64,000 nt of DNA. Source: Zootoca vivipara. Lineage: Eukaryota. Shown here one piece after another: positions 1 to 13,115 of the stretch. The position numbers were made by a program, and so were the translations under genes. Location: the NCBI RefSeq assembly GCF_963506605.1, contig NC_083276.1, forward strand, positions 82,336,001 through 82,400,000. The letters run 5' to 3'. How positions within the stretch are numbered: the first letter of the stretch is position 1; each line of letters opens with the position of its first letter. The notes under the pieces were generated by a model. The model saw only the letters and a program-made list of their open reading frames with translations, did not search any database and was not told the origin of the DNA.

Positions 1-1762
1 GCAAGGTACTGTAGTCTCTTGCAAATTCAGATCAGAATAGACATTCTATTTATGCTAAGAATTCTGAAAGAACAGGACTGCTGAGAGAATAACATTTGGA
101 GGAAAAGCAATGTTAGGAACCAAGTGTCACTAGAAAGATTGGTGGAGAAAGAAAATGGAACAGAGCTTCTTATGGTGCCCATATAGTACCAACAACCAGG
201 GGGCCTGGCATTCAGATTAAGGGCACTTTTGTAGCTTATTTTAGAGTTGAGGGGAGAAAACATTATTGCAATTTATCAGATCGCTGTGATTCAACACATC
301 AAGTTTGCTTTAATATTATTTTACATCTTACATGAACTTGCTGATCTATCTGCCTCTCTCTGACTGCAACAGAGTACCACAGCTGTTTATGCAGAAGCTG
401 CACAGAGCTTATTTCCAAAGGTATGTAAAAGTATACAAAAGTGCACTTTATGCTGTGCTTTCTTGTGTTAGTATAGATAGAAGTACAGTATGTGAAATGA
501 AAGAAATGACCTGCATGGATTCTTTGACAGTTCATAGCACAAGAGTAAATATTTCCCAAGTAGATGCAGTGATAATTCAATTTAACAGTCTTAAATACCA
601 TCCATACTCAGAAATAAGTCCTACTGTGTTCAGTGGGGTTTACTCCTATGTGATCATAGAACTGTAGTTGGAAGGAACCCTGAGCATCACCTAGTCCAAC
701 TCCCTGCAATGGAGGAATCTCAACTATGCTCTTTTAATACAAATTGGTTTGCAAAGATTCCAACTGGATTTGTTTTTCCAGCACTCACAATTTTAGATGG
801 TGTTGGGTTTGTTGGCTTTTTAAAGTAGAAGTATGCCTACAGCAGGATCAATGTAAGAGGCACACCCTGTACTAGAAGCAATTCATGATTCTGAGCACTC
901 ACACTGTATCTAATATAGACAGCTCCCTGCAGAGATTGACAATGCTTCCCCAAATCATCTATGCCTTCCAGATGTCGTTGGACTACAGCTTTCATTATAT
1001 CCTTGTTCACTGACCTCAGCCCACATCTCTAGTTGTGCAGATAGGTAACTTTAAACATGGACTTAGTGGTCTTACAAATACCTCCTCTTTAGATGGTGAT
1101 TTCATTTCTTTAAAATATGACAAGCCCGACTTGGTGCATTTAGGATTCCGCTTGCTCATTCTACTGTGTGGTGCCTTGGACTTTTGCCCCAGACTCCTGC
1201 CCTGAGGAGACTGCTGCCTATCACACCAAAGTTGAGCACAAAACCTCCATCCAATTCGGCAACTCACCTCCAACTGTGGCCCACTCGTTTGGGATGGGGA
1301 GCCCACAAAGAAGGCACGGGGAGGGTGGCCATTCCCTGGTCTTTTGCACAAGCATCTGATAACCAGATACATAATGCTGCTTCTGTAATTGACGTTTCAG
1401 ATTAGCTGCAGACAGTACAATCCTATGAATGTTTAGGAATCCGGAAGTAGGTCTCAGTGCATTCAATGAAATTTGCTCCCTTGTAAGTTTGCATAAGATT
1501 GCAGAATAAAAGCATAGCAAACCTGTTAGTCTCTAAGATGCTACATTAAACTGTTTGTTGGTTTGAGTTCAAGGCTCCAGCAAACTATGCCGGAAGGTCT
1601 TGTCCTTCAAGCATGCATAAAACGTTCAGTTAAAGTAATGCAAGCTCATAGTCACCCCTACCACTGTTGGCAAGGAATTCCATACATTGGTTGTAAAGTA
1701 TTGCTTTACCTGTGCCGTGCTTTGGTATTTTTTTTCAGATCTGGACAATTCACCTGGGTGCA

Positions 1763-2728
1763 ATGTCTGAAGAAAACTCCACAACAGTGGTCAGTGAGTT
1801 TGCCTTTGTAGGATTAACAAACAATCCTACACTACGAACTAGTCTCTTTTTGGTGTTCCTGGTTATTTATATGATCACCTTGGTTGAAAATCTAGGAATG
1901 ATTGTCTTAATAAGGGCCAGTCCCCGGCTCCACACTCCAATGTACTTCTTTCTCAGCAGCCTGTCTTTCCTGGATGTATGCTTCTCTTCTGTGTTTGCTC
2001 CAGAGGCATTGGTGAACTTCCTAGCAGAGAAAAGGTCCATTTCCTTTATTGGGTGTGCATTACAAATGTACTTTTTTGTAGGTCTGGGGAGTGCTGAGTG
2101 CTTTCTCTTGGCTGCAATGGCATATGATCGCTACGTGGCTATCTGCAAACCCTTGATGTACCCAGTCCTCATGTCTCCTAGAGTCTGCATTCTTCTGGTG
2201 TTGGGGTCTTATGCTCTTGGGCTTTTGCACTCTCTCCTTCACACAGTCTTTACCTTCAGGCTGTCATTCTGCAGGTCTAACGTGATCAATAACTTTTTCT
2301 GTGACATCACTGCACTTTTGTCCATTTCCTGTTCAGATATCCACCTCAATGAACTCCTGATTTTCTATGTGGCTGGTCTTGTAGAAATAACCACCATCCT
2401 GAGTGTTGTAGTTTCTTATACATATATTCTCACCAACATTGTGGTGAGGATCAGTTCGGTCGCAGGCAGGCTGAAAGCCTTCTCCACTTGCACCTCGCAC
2501 CTCATCGTGGTTACCATTTTCCACGGGGCAATTCTCATCCTGCACTTCCGACCAACCTCTAGCGATGGATCTTTGGTTCAAGGCGTCTTTGACAAAACAC
2601 TGACCGTGTTCTATACGATTGTCATCCCTTTGCTCAACCCTTTGATTTATAGCCTCAGAAACAAGGAGGTAAAGGATGCTTTGGGAGGCTTTCAGCGGAA
2701 GGTGTGTGACAAAATGTTTTGTTCATGA
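1763..2728 (+). CDS. Olfactory receptor, class II (OR-A), intact
   Basis: ORF has N-terminal NST sequon, [28 protein letters not shown] and [16 protein letters not shown]. The ATG at 1763 follows a splice-acceptor-like tttttttcag ending at 1738. Confidence 0.96.
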   Translation: MSEENSTTVVSEFAFVGLTNNPTLRTSLFLVFLVIYMITLVENLGMIVLIRASPRLHTPMYFFLSSLSFLDVCFSSVFAPEALVNFLAEKRSISFIGCALQMYFFVGLGSAECFLLAAMAYDRYVAICKPLMYPVLMSPRVCILLVLGSYALGLLHSLLHTVFTFRLSFCRSNVINNFFCDITALLSISCSDIHLNELLIFYVAGLVEITTILSVVVSYTYILTNIVVRISSVAGRLKAFSTCTSHLIVVTIFHGAILILHFRPTSSDGSLVQGVFDKTLTVFYTIVIPLLNPLIYSLRNKEVKDALGGFQRKVCDKMFCS

Positions 2729-2902
2729 ACCTTATAAAAGCAAATGGGCATGACATTATTAAGTCTGGAAAGAAAGAAAGATGCACCAAAGTCTCTCTGG
2801 CCTCTATGTGCTGATTTGGTGAGGAATGTAATGTTTCCCTTAAACTGTGTCCATATTATTCCAAGCTGAATCAAGGGAACATTCTATGCTATGAATGATA
2901 TA

Positions 2903-3223
2903 CAGTCATACCTCGGTTTAAGTATGCCTCGGTTTGAGTATTTTCAGTTTAAGTACTCCGCGGACCTGTCTGGAACGGATTAATCCACTTTCCATTACTT
3001 TCAATGGGAAAGTTCACTTCAGCTTAAGTACGGACTTCCGGAACCAATTACACTCATACCTCGGGTTAAGTAGGCTTCAGGTTGAGTACTCCGCGGACCC
3101 GTCTGGAACAGATTAATCCACTTTCCATTACTTTCAATGGGAAAGTTCGCTTCAGGTTAAGTACGCTTCAGGTTAAGTACAGACTTCCGGAACCAATTGT
3201 GTTTGTAAACCGAGGTACCACTG
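2903..3223. mobile_element. Tc1/mariner (pogo/Tigger-like) MITE
   Basis: TA|CAGTCATACCTCGG ... CCGAGGTACCACTG|TA; internal direct repeats; same family as 12699-13115. Confidence 0.85.
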
Positions 3224-3714
3224 TATGGTGTATCCCCTAATATGGAGTTTGACCACTGTTTTAGCTATTCTCTTTTGTATGATTAACATAGTGCTTAATA
3301 GTGCATCGTATCCCCACCTCCTTAAGTCAGAGATGGGGAGTTGCTGTGCCCCTCCTGGTGTCACTGGGTTCCAATTCCCACCAGACACATGATCAGGCAA
3401 GATGGGAGTTACAGTCCAGCAATGTCTGAAGAACCACAGATTCATCACTCCTGCCCTAAGTCATAGGGAGTATGACATGTGCTCCTGTTCAGTCAACTCG
3501 GAACAGGAACCTTTCAGTGCTGTTCAGAACTCTTGAGGAGATTAGTTTCAGGACATGAAAATTAGCAAACCCTACAAGTGCTCCTATTTTCCAGGGACAG
3601 TTCCCAATTTGCAAAAGCTGATCCAGTTTCTGATTTGATCCTGGAATGTCCCTCTTTTCCTTAGGATGTCCCAATTTTCATTGGCGAAATGTTAGAGGGC
3701 ATCCAACCCCTGAG

Positions 3715-3900
3715 CCAAGGAGATCAGTAACTCTACAACCATTAGAAGACACCTGAAGATAGCCCTGTATAGGGAAGTTTTCTTAAAATGTTTAATGTTT
3801 TATTATGTTTTTATATATGTTGGAAGGCGCCCAGAATGGCTGGGGCAACCCAGTCAGATGGACAGGGTATAAATAATAAAATCATCATTATCATTATTAT
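3715..3900 (+). mobile_element. L2-type LINE 3' end
   Basis: Reverse complement of the tail seen at 15036 and 23724 (tggctggggcaacccagtcagatggacagggtataaataataa). Confidence 0.65.
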
Positions 3901-3955
3901 GGAATCGGACGCCTTATTTTAATTGGAGTAATGCTGGTGGAGGGTATGAATTAGC

Positions 3956-4690
3956 TGTCAGGTTTCCAGACAGTAGTACTCTTTAGACTTTTTGGGGAGT
4001 GGTCAGCTTTAAGTTTTATTTCCTGGGAAGTGGGGCCAGACCCATTATAAATAGGGGGAGGAGCCGGTATTAGCTAGGTAGGCGGCTCTGGAGATTCACC
4101 CTCCCTCCCCTCCCTTTGTTAATGTTTCTTGTTTACATGTTAACTTTTTCTTCCTGTTTAGCGGGTGCTGCTACGGTCTTTGACTGGTTGCTGTTGAAGG
4201 ACCGGGAAGAAATTTCCCCACATTGGCAGGTTTTGTCTTCCTTGTAGCAATTCGTCACAACTTTGGCGGTTATGGCCTTGGGTGGAATCCTTTAGTCTTT
4301 TCTTCCCTATAATAGGGTGGTGAAATGGTGACTCACACCCCCTGTGGTGGCGATTCCAGGGTCCCCTCTTAAAGGGGTTACATAAATGGGTGTCACTGGC
4401 CATACACTGAAAGGTTGTCAGTGAACTCCCCAGCGTGGGGGGATATGGGCTTGGCTGCCTGCCTACACTTACGTCGCGCAGAGCACCCCCATATCCTATT
4501 GACCCTGATGTGCCCCAGTTCCCTGGCTGGGGAGCTGGGAGGGATTCACGCCCAAAGCCTGAGCCAAGGTCTTCCTACATTCAGAAGTTTAATAAAGTTG
4601 TGGCCTAATTTTAATCCCACAACATTGTCAGAGTCTTTGTTTGCTTTCCCACGTTCCAGGGGGGCTGGGGCTGTCACACCTGGTCACACA
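3956..4690 (+). mobile_element. Possible LTR-like repeat
   Basis: Starts TGTCA, has TATA-like tataaata, AATAAAGTTGTGGCC near the end and CA termini; no TSD found. Confidence 0.35.
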
Positions 4691-5611
4691 ATGAACAAAT
4701 TCTGTGCCTCAATACAGTTGTGTCTTGGGGAGAGTATATCACATTTTCCCAATAGATGAATTCCTAAAATGATGAATTCTGTGAAGTTCTCCAAGGACAT
4801 GGAGCCCTGAGGGTGATAGGGATAAAATAAAAGCTCTACAGTTCTATATACATGCCATTCCATGCAGCTGACAAAGTGGACTCTGTCTAAGAATGCTTCT
4901 GGGTACAATAATTGTGCTCATTGTCACATTTCTCTCCTTGGGTTTAACTGCAAGCGACCAACATAGTTATCTCTCTGGAATGAAGTTCCTTTGCTGCAAT
5001 TTCATTCTCCATTTATTTCTTCAGATCTTCTACCACCCCGGTTTCCTTTAAGAGTGAGTAGAGACATATAAGAAAGCAGGAGCCAGTATGTTGCTTTCTC
5101 ACAACCACACACCTTGTTTTTCTGCATACACTTTCCCCCAACTTTGCTCTTCATTTGGTATATACTTGTATATGCACTTCTTCTGTTAATGATGATTTTG
5201 AAACATGTTTGACTGATCCTTGTGGCAGGCTTTTTGCCTATTTGTTTGTTATTTTGTTTGCTGCTTGCATTATTTATATGAGCTCTGTTATGCAGGCATA
5301 TATACATTTAAAAAATTATGGGTTTTTTAATGCTCTCCAGAGAAAGGAGAGAGTGCTTCGTGATGCCACTGCAAACTAGCTGATCAGCACACTGATGATT
5401 TTTCTTCAAAACTGTAGTGCATGTACCCTCCAAGCATAGTTATCAAGAGAAGATTATGCTCAGGAATCCAAGGGTCAGAGTTGTTACTTAGCTGTAACAC
5501 ATACCAGATCCTGCAGTGTCATTTTAGTTTAGAAGGGGAAGGAAAATGTGCAGAATTTTTTCTAAGGCACCCTCTGAACAGTCAAAATAGCTTCTGGAAA
5601 AATTCTAAGTA

Positions 5612-5907
5612 CAGTGGTGCCTCGACTTACAAATTTAATCCATTCCAAAGGCACCTTCGTAGGTCGAAAAATTCGTAAGCCAAAAAGCGGCATTGGAAGC
5701 GCGGTTTCCCATAGGAATGCATTGGAAACAGAAAAATTTGTAAGTCGAAGCAACCCCATCTAAAAATTCGTAAGTCAAAAAGACCCTATCTAAAACCGCC
5801 GCGGTTTCCGTTCGGATGTTGAGAAATTCGTAAGCGTGCGGCCATTTGCCCCATTCGTAAGTCGCAAAATTCGGTTGTCAAGTCGTTCGTAAGTCGAGGT
5901 ACCACTG
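5612..5907. mobile_element. Tc1/mariner-type MITE
   Basis: TA|CAGTGGTGCCTCGACTTAC ... GTAAGTCGAGGTACCACTG|TA; repeated internal TCGTAAGTC motif. Confidence 0.85.
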
Positions 5908-6635
5908 TATGCTTAATGATTATCATAAATGTTACTCTGAGTGTCTTGGTTATACACTTAAAACAGAAGTGAGAGGAAGTTTTCAGTCGAACTCTTGAAT
6001 TTACTTGCATAACTTCGACTACATATTCTTTCTCAACATCCTCAGTAATAGAGACTCTTAACAGCAGCATTCTTGTAGCAGCAGAATCAAAGGCACACTT
6101 TCATACCCCTCAACTGTCCCAATTTAAGTGGGACATCCCATTTTGGGGTGCTGTGTCTGTGCACAAGTCCCCTGGCTCCTTTGAGATTGCAGCCCCAAAA
6201 GCTGCATGTCCTAGTTTTCCTCTGGGCTGGGCTGGAGAGTATTCACTTTCAATGCCAAAAGTAATTTTTGAAAGCATTTCTACATTGCTTCCTGGTATAG
6301 CCAGTTCCCTACATTAACAAAGGATGTGCTAGCTGTGTGGGGTACATTCTTAGTCTGTGTGGGTGTCTTCATCACATCCTTCCCTACCTATAACTAGGCC
6401 CCCATGTTGTATAAGCAGATACCTTTGTGGAGCTGAAGAAGATACTCCCTTTATCCCCAAACGCCTGGTACCTTTGATAGAAATCCTTCCTATATTTGTC
6501 TAAATAAAACAAGGGAGTCACTGGGGGCAAATGAATTGCATAGATTTCTCACGTGCATGATGAATAAATGGTCGTTTCTTCTCAGTTGTCGTGTTTCTTT
6601 ATTTTACAGCTCTGGAATAAAACAATCCGAATGCA

Positions 6636-7595
6636 ATGAAAGAGAAAAACTTCACTGTAATCATCAATGAGTTTGTATTTGTAGGGTTAACAAACAATCT
6701 CACACTACAGATTGTCCTCTTCCTAGTCTTCCTTGCTATTTATATTGCTACTTTGGTGGGAAATCTAGGACTGTTTGTGTTAATAAGAGCCTGTCCCAAG
6801 CTCCACACTCCAATGTACTTCTTTCTCAGCAACCTCTCTCTCCTCGATGCATGCTTCTCCTCTGTGGTTGCCCCTAAGACTTTTCTGAATCTCTTAGCAG
6901 ATAAAAAGACCATTTCCCTCACTGGGTGTGCATTGCAAATGTACTTTGTGATAGGCCTGGGGAGCACAGAGTGCTTTCTCCTGGCTGCAATGGCATATGA
7001 TCGCTATGTGGCTATCTGCAAACCCTTGATGTACCCAGTCCTCATGTCTCCTAGAATCTGTACACTTCTGGTGGTGGGGTCCTATGCCCTTGGGCTTCTG
7101 CACTCTCTTCTCCACACAGTCTTCACCTTCAGGCTGTCGTTCTGTCGATCTAACGAAATCAACCATGTATATTGTGACATCACTGCACTTTTATCGCTTT
7201 CCTGTTCGGATACTTACATCAACGAACGGCTGATTTTCTTTGAGGCTGGGCTTGTAGAAGGAACCACCATCGTGAGTGTCATCGTCTCTTATGTGTACAT
7301 TCTCATCAACATTGTGAGGATCAGCTCAAGGGCAGGTAGACTCAAGGCGTTCTCCACTTGCACCTCGCACCTCACTGCAGTTACCATCTTCCACGGGGCA
7401 ATTCTTATCTTGCATTTCCGACCAAACTCTGGCAGAGGATCGTTTCTTCAAGATGTCACGGACAAAACCCTTGCTGTGTTCTACACAATTGTCATCCCCT
7501 TACTGAATCCCTTGATATACAGCCTGAGAAACAAGGACGTTAAGGATGCCTTAGGAGGCATTCAGAGGAAGGTATGTAACCAAATGAATAGCTAG
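6636..7595 (+). CDS. Olfactory receptor, class II (OR-B), intact; paralog of OR-A
   Basis: 319-aa ORF with all OR motifs; acceptor-like ttttacag ends at 6609. Confidence 0.97.
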   Translation: MKEKNFTVIINEFVFVGLTNNLTLQIVLFLVFLAIYIATLVGNLGLFVLIRACPKLHTPMYFFLSNLSLLDACFSSVVAPKTFLNLLADKKTISLTGCALQMYFVIGLGSTECFLLAAMAYDRYVAICKPLMYPVLMSPRICTLLVVGSYALGLLHSLLHTVFTFRLSFCRSNEINHVYCDITALLSLSCSDTYINERLIFFEAGLVEGTTIVSVIVSYVYILINIVRISSRAGRLKAFSTCTSHLTAVTIFHGAILILHFRPNSGRGSFLQDVTDKTLAVFYTIVIPLLNPLIYSLRNKDVKDALGGIQRKVCNQMNS

Positions 7596-9416
7596 CAACA
7601 ATTTCTGCAAGGTAATGGACTATTGCTAGTCCATTATCTTGTATGTCCGATATTAAAATTACAAAAATGTAGCCTCCCTGCCTATACGATGATCTTAAGG
7701 ATCAATATAAGTTCAGCAAATAATATAAGCTGAAAGTGCTCATTGTAGCTTAGGGTTGCCATATATTAAGAAGCAACAACCAGGACACCTCAAAAGTTGT
7801 TGAGATTTTTTTAGGAAACCCCAAAAATTGCTGAGCTATTTTTTTTTAATAAAAGAGGGTAAAATGCCCTATTCTTAAATTGCTTATTTATGATTACCTC
7901 ATACAATAAATATGTAGAAGATATCACAAATCATGTGTGGTTGCAACGAGAGAGGGCTGTGGAGGTGAACATGAGATCTTAAGATTGTGAGGAAACACAA
8001 AAGCAGAGTGGTCTCATGGGGAGATCTTGAGCCGATCACTACTACTTAGTATATAGAATATTCTACTTAGAATATAGAATATAGACTATTCTACTACTTA
8101 GAATATAGAATATTCTACTACTTAGAATATAAAATATAGAATATATGCTACTATATACCTCATAGAATTGCTGTGAGGATAAAAAGGTAATAAGGAGACC
8201 ATGTTTACTCTACACACCCAGAGAACCTTAATTACTGGGCAGTAAATAAACACTACAAATAAATTAATAAGCTACCCTCTGCTAGGAGAAAGGGTCAGGA
8301 TTATTTTTTTAAGCAACAACATATAAGCAGTGTGCAAGAGTTCCATGATAGATGTTGAGAAATTCCTCATAATAAGTGCAAGGTGTAAAAAATAGGAAAT
8401 ATACTTTATTTCCTTGACATCTAATGGGAGGGCATTCCACAGGGTAGACACGACTACTAAGAAGGCCCTTTGAGCTCTCCACAGCCATCAACAGCACACC
8501 CACAGGGAGGGAAGAATCTGGCCCAGCATTCACTCTGCTCTCTCAGCTTTTTCATTTCTCTTCACCTGCCTTGTTTCCCTCTAGAGTCTGCCATCCCAGC
8601 CTGCACTTGACAATGAGTCCTTCATACACAAACCAAACTACATGCCCTTGGGGTACACTTGACTTTTTCAAATGTGAATATTCCCATAAAGCTGATTGCT
8701 CGGAGGAAATGTGTTGCTCTGTAATACCATTTCATAAAAGGTTCCAGTCCATCTCAGCAATAATTCATAGTGAATAATTCATCATGAATAAAGGGTTAAA
8801 CTAGAATTCATCATGAATAAAGGGTTAAACTAGAGGTGGAGAACCTGTGTCCCTTCAGTTGCTGCTGGACTCCCAACTCCCATCAGTTCCAGCCAATATG
8901 GGCAATGATCAGGGGAGATGATAGTTCAGGAGCATCTGGAGGGCTGTAGGTTAGCCATTCCTGAGTTAAATTAATCAGCTTCTGGGTATGTGTCAAATAC
9001 CTACCCTGGAAGGTGACTTTGGGCAAGAAGAGTCTGGTTAATGCAAACCATGCTAGCCTCAAAATACTTTCAATTTATATTTTGATCCTGAGGAAGAACT
9101 TGAAGAAAAGAGAGTCCTCCTTGGAATGTAGCTGGCAAAATGAACATTTCAAGACCATGAATACTGTTAGTACTAGAAGTACTGCTTGTTGATTTCCTTG
9201 TGAGTTTTATTTTTAATACCAATAGGGTAAAATACAATTAAGACACTTTTCAAAATGAAGTTTGGCATCACCAATATACCCCAATGCCAAACTGTTTAAG
9301 TTATGTGAGGTCTCATTGCTGTTATAGGTAAATCATGGGGAAATGGCAATTGATCTTCTCATACTGGACAGTTGGCAGGAAGCAAAAGTGGAGAGAGTAA
9401 GAACAGGAAGCTGGAT

Positions 9417-9760
9417 CATAGCTGCCAAGTCTCCCGTTTTCCCCGGGAAATCTCCGTTTTTCCAGCTGTTCCTAGCTGAAAAAACACATTTTTTGTTTTT
9501 TCCTGGTTTATTCTGGTGCGGCGGCCATTTTGGAACTGGGCGGAGCATGCTCAGAAGTGACTTTTGATGCTGCTCTGCCCAGTTCCAAAATGGCTGCAGT
9601 GCAACTTCTGGCACGGCGGCCATTTTGGAACTGGGCAAAGCAGCATCAAAAGTCACTTCTGAGCATGCTCCGCCCAGTTCCAAAATGGCAGCAGCACTAC
9701 TTCCGGTCTGCTATTTCCGGGCCAGTCCCTTATTTCTCTGACAGCAACTTGGCAGGTATG
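9417..9760. mobile_element. hAT-type MITE with internal nested palindrome
   Basis: TIRs CATAGCTGCCAAGT / ACTTGGCAGGTATG; 8-bp TSD agctggat/agctggac. Confidence 0.82.
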
Positions 9761-10147
9761 AGCTGGACTAGATGGGCCTTTGGTATGATGCAGTGGTCTT
9801 CTTATGTTCGTTTCTTTTCTCTAGTATTTTTTTAATATTAAAAAATGCCTTGCCAGATTTTCAAGTTGCAACTTAGATGTTCTCAGCTGCTGCCAAGCCA
9901 TAGCCCACGAGGCAGATCGCTTCCCACCAACTGTAGTCCTTTAGGATCCAATCATATTTTGCATATTTATTTTAATATATTCAAGATAACTTGCCCCTGT
10001 TTTATTTGTGGTATTTTTGCAACTCATCCTGGGACAACTGGGTAAAGAATAGGGTCCAAGTAATAAATAAATAAATATTAGAGTTCCCCAAAAAATCTGT
10101 TTCCTTTATGGTTACAGATGGCACTAACAGAGAATCCAGCAATTGTT

Positions 10148-10170
10148 TCATTAGGCAGTGCCCCATGGGA
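10148..10170 (+). promoter_or_regulatory. Candidate OR promoter module (homeodomain site plus Ebf/O-E site)
   Basis: TCATTA (reverse complement TAATGA) at 10148, then CCCCATGGGA matching YCCCNNGGGR at 10161; about 1.6 kb upstream of OR-C. Confidence 0.4.
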
Positions 10171-11751
10171 GATTGTACTAACAAATCTCTGTATGCTAGA
10201 ACTTCCACAGGAGTTTTGTTGTTGTTGTTGTTAAAGTACAGTGCGGAGAAAAATACTTTTTTGTCTTGCAAAATCCTGGCACTCCACCAACAAAGAAAGG
10301 ACAGTATAATAAAGCTACTTTTTGTAACAGTTTGTGGAAGTTTATATTCCCTTCCAATGAGGTCTGTCAAGCGTGAACCACCCATAACCATTTCATCCAT
10401 AATATCTTTCCACTGCGTATTATTTAGAGATTCCTCCATATCAAACCAAAAACATCTTGGCAAAGTCACAAGGTAAACAAAGAATTATTAACAGAGCAGC
10501 TTGACTTACTACTCCAGAGGTCCATCAGGTGTAAGTATCCCAATGGGTTTACCCAAACCCAGATCTTCAAGATAAAATAACTACATCTTCATTTGGGAAG
10601 CTGATGACTAAAAGAAGACATACACTTCAGGTGCAGAATAATAATTAAGACACCAACTTCAAAATTCCCCCTTTCCATTGCTGCTATAATTGTTGCCTGA
10701 CACTGTGGTGAGTACAGATCTCTCCCTTTCTCCAATGTGGCATACAAGTTGACGTTGTCCTCAGATTCTCAGAGAATTCACAATGAATTTAAAGCATTTA
10801 TGGCTAAAAATGAGATAACTATTCTACCTAAATTTATCAGTGAGAGACATCTATCCTGATGTAAAGAAAATGATTTGCTTCTTTCCCAGATGATTTGTCA
10901 TCTTATATTTCTTAACCTGGTGCCCATGTCCAAATATAGAGAACATTCCATCTGTGGAATTTTGCTTCCATATGTGGAACTCCTTTATTGGCTTGGCGAG
11001 TAACATCAGTATGTTACATTAATGAAAACTTTAAAAGAGCTCTGACCAAAGACCTGTCTTATTCAGCATCCCGACCTAAGCAACCAGATCCTTATGGGAA
11101 GCTCATAAACAGGATATAAACAAAACAGTGCTACCATCAATTGTTATTCCCAGCACTTGAGGAAATGATATTGAGTTTAAATGAAGCCAACTGGGTGTAG
11201 CTTAAGTCCAAATAACTCATCATTGCTGGAGTTCTTAACCAGGGTCATAACCACATCAGAATATTAGATTTATTGATGGTTATCTGATTAGTATGTGAAC
11301 TCTTAGGACCCCGTAGGCAAATCCTCCTGGAACTCTTATTGGGAAAAGTGGCCTACAATTTCCTTTTTCTCCCATTTTATTCTTCTTCTTGTTTTTATAT
11401 ATTATTAATAGGTAAATCTATCCTGCTGTTCTAGTGCCTCTGCACTGCTCAGTATCCTTAACTTTCTCACAATATATAAATATATTTAGAGGGGGCTCTT
11501 TTTAAAAAGGAGATAGAACAGTAGCTGAAACAACACCTGTGTATTTTCAGTTAAATGATCAGAATGGAGATTGCTCAGACAAGTTCCTCCTTTTTTTTTT
11601 ATAAAAATGATGATATTTCCTAAGAGATTTTGAATGTTAAATAATCTTGTCTTTATCATAACCAGCAGCCTTTCAAAATCTAATTTACAACCTACGACAC
11701 TGAAATTTATTATTTTCCTCCTTTCAAATAACAGTGTGTTTGCAAGTGCAC

Positions 11752-12690
11752 ATGGATGGGGACAACTGCACTATAGTGAACGAGTTCATTCTTGTGGGAC
11801 TCACAGATCGAGCTGAACTGCAGATCACCCTCTTCATAGTCTTCTTGCTGATCTACATTATCACAGTATTGGGGAATGCTGGGATCATTGTAATCGTGAG
11901 GACTTGCTCTCAGCTTCAGACGCCAATGTATTTCTTCCTTAGCAACTTATCCTTCCTGGATCTGTGCTATTCCTGTGTCGTAACACCCAAGATGCTAGTG
12001 AGCTTCATATCACGTAGAAAAACCATCTCCTATTCTAGCTGTTTCACTCAGTTGTATTTTTATATTGCTTTGGCAACAGCAGAATGTTACCTCTTGGCAG
12101 CCATGGCATACGATCGCTATGTGGCCATCTGTAACCCACTGCTGTACACAGTCATCATGTCTCAAAGACTATGTGTTTTGCTGGTGTTTGCTTCTTTCGT
12201 GGCTGGCTTCCTAAATGCAACAGTACAGGTAGGTTTTTCCTTAACAGTGTCCTTTGGTGATTCTAAGGTCATTAACCATTTCTTTTGCGATGGGCCACCA
12301 TTGATGAAGTTGGCCTGCTCTGATACCACTCTCAACCAAATCCTTGTTTTTACTGTTGTTGGATTCAATGAAGTTACCACCACGTCCATAGTCCTCATCT
12401 CTTACACCTGCATCTTCACTACCATCCTCAGAATACGCTCCAATGACAGCAAGCACAAAGCTTTCTCCACTTGTACTTCTCATCTAACTGCCGTCAGTTT
12501 GTTCTATGGGACCCTCCTTTTTATGTACTTGAGACCCAGTTCCAGCTACTCTTTAGAGCAGGATAAAATAATTGCAGTGGTCTACACAGTGTTGATCCCA
12601 TTCGTGAATCCCCTGATCTATAGCCTCAGGAACAAAGATGTGAAGGATGCCTTGGTTAAAGGAATGGAGAGACTCGGGATTTCAAGATAA
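11752..12690 (+). CDS. Olfactory receptor, class II (OR-C), intact
   Basis: MDGDNCT start, [41 protein letters not shown]. Confidence 0.96.
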   Translation: MDGDNCTIVNEFILVGLTDRAELQITLFIVFLLIYIITVLGNAGIIVIVRTCSQLQTPMYFFLSNLSFLDLCYSCVVTPKMLVSFISRRKTISYSSCFTQLYFYIALATAECYLLAAMAYDRYVAICNPLLYTVIMSQRLCVLLVFASFVAGFLNATVQVGFSLTVSFGDSKVINHFFCDGPPLMKLACSDTTLNQILVFTVVGFNEVTTTSIVLISYTCIFTTILRIRSNDSKHKAFSTCTSHLTAVSLFYGTLLFMYLRPSSSYSLEQDKIIAVVYTVLIPFVNPLIYSLRNKDVKDALVKGMERLGISR

Positions 12691-12698
12691 ATGTAGTA

Positions 12699-13115
12699 CA
12701 GTGGAACCTCGGTTTATGAACACCTCGGTTTATGAATTTTCGGTTTATGAACGCCGCGGACCCATCTGGAACGGATTAATTCACTTTCCATTACTTTTAA
12801 TGGGAAAATTCGCTTCAGTTTATGAACGCTTCAGTTTATGAACAGACTTCCGGAACCAATTACACCCATGTTTCAGTTTATGAACGCTTCAGTTTAAGTA
12901 CTTCATGGACCCGTCTGGAACGGATTAATCCACTTTCCATTACTTTCAATGGAAAAGTTCGCTTCAGTTTATGAACGGTTACTCCGCGGACCGTCTGGAA
13001 CGGATTAATCCACTTTCCATTACTTTCAATGGGAAAGTTCGCTTCAGTTTATGAACGCTTCAGTTTATGAACAGACTTCCGGAACCAATTGTGTTCATAA
13101 ACCGAGGTACCACTG
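12699..13115. mobile_element. Tc1/mariner-type MITE just after the OR-C stop codon
   Basis: TA|CAGTGGAACCTCGG ... CCGAGGTACCACTG|TA; three copies of an internal module. Confidence 0.87.

Noticed and set aside
8040-8833. AGAATAT-type repeats (8040-8155) and a 29-bp tandem duplication (8776-8833)
   Set aside because: Ordinary slippage products.
9333-9835. Near-identical ORFs on opposite strands (MELGGACSEV...)
   Set aside because: Consequence of the MITE's internal inverted repeat.
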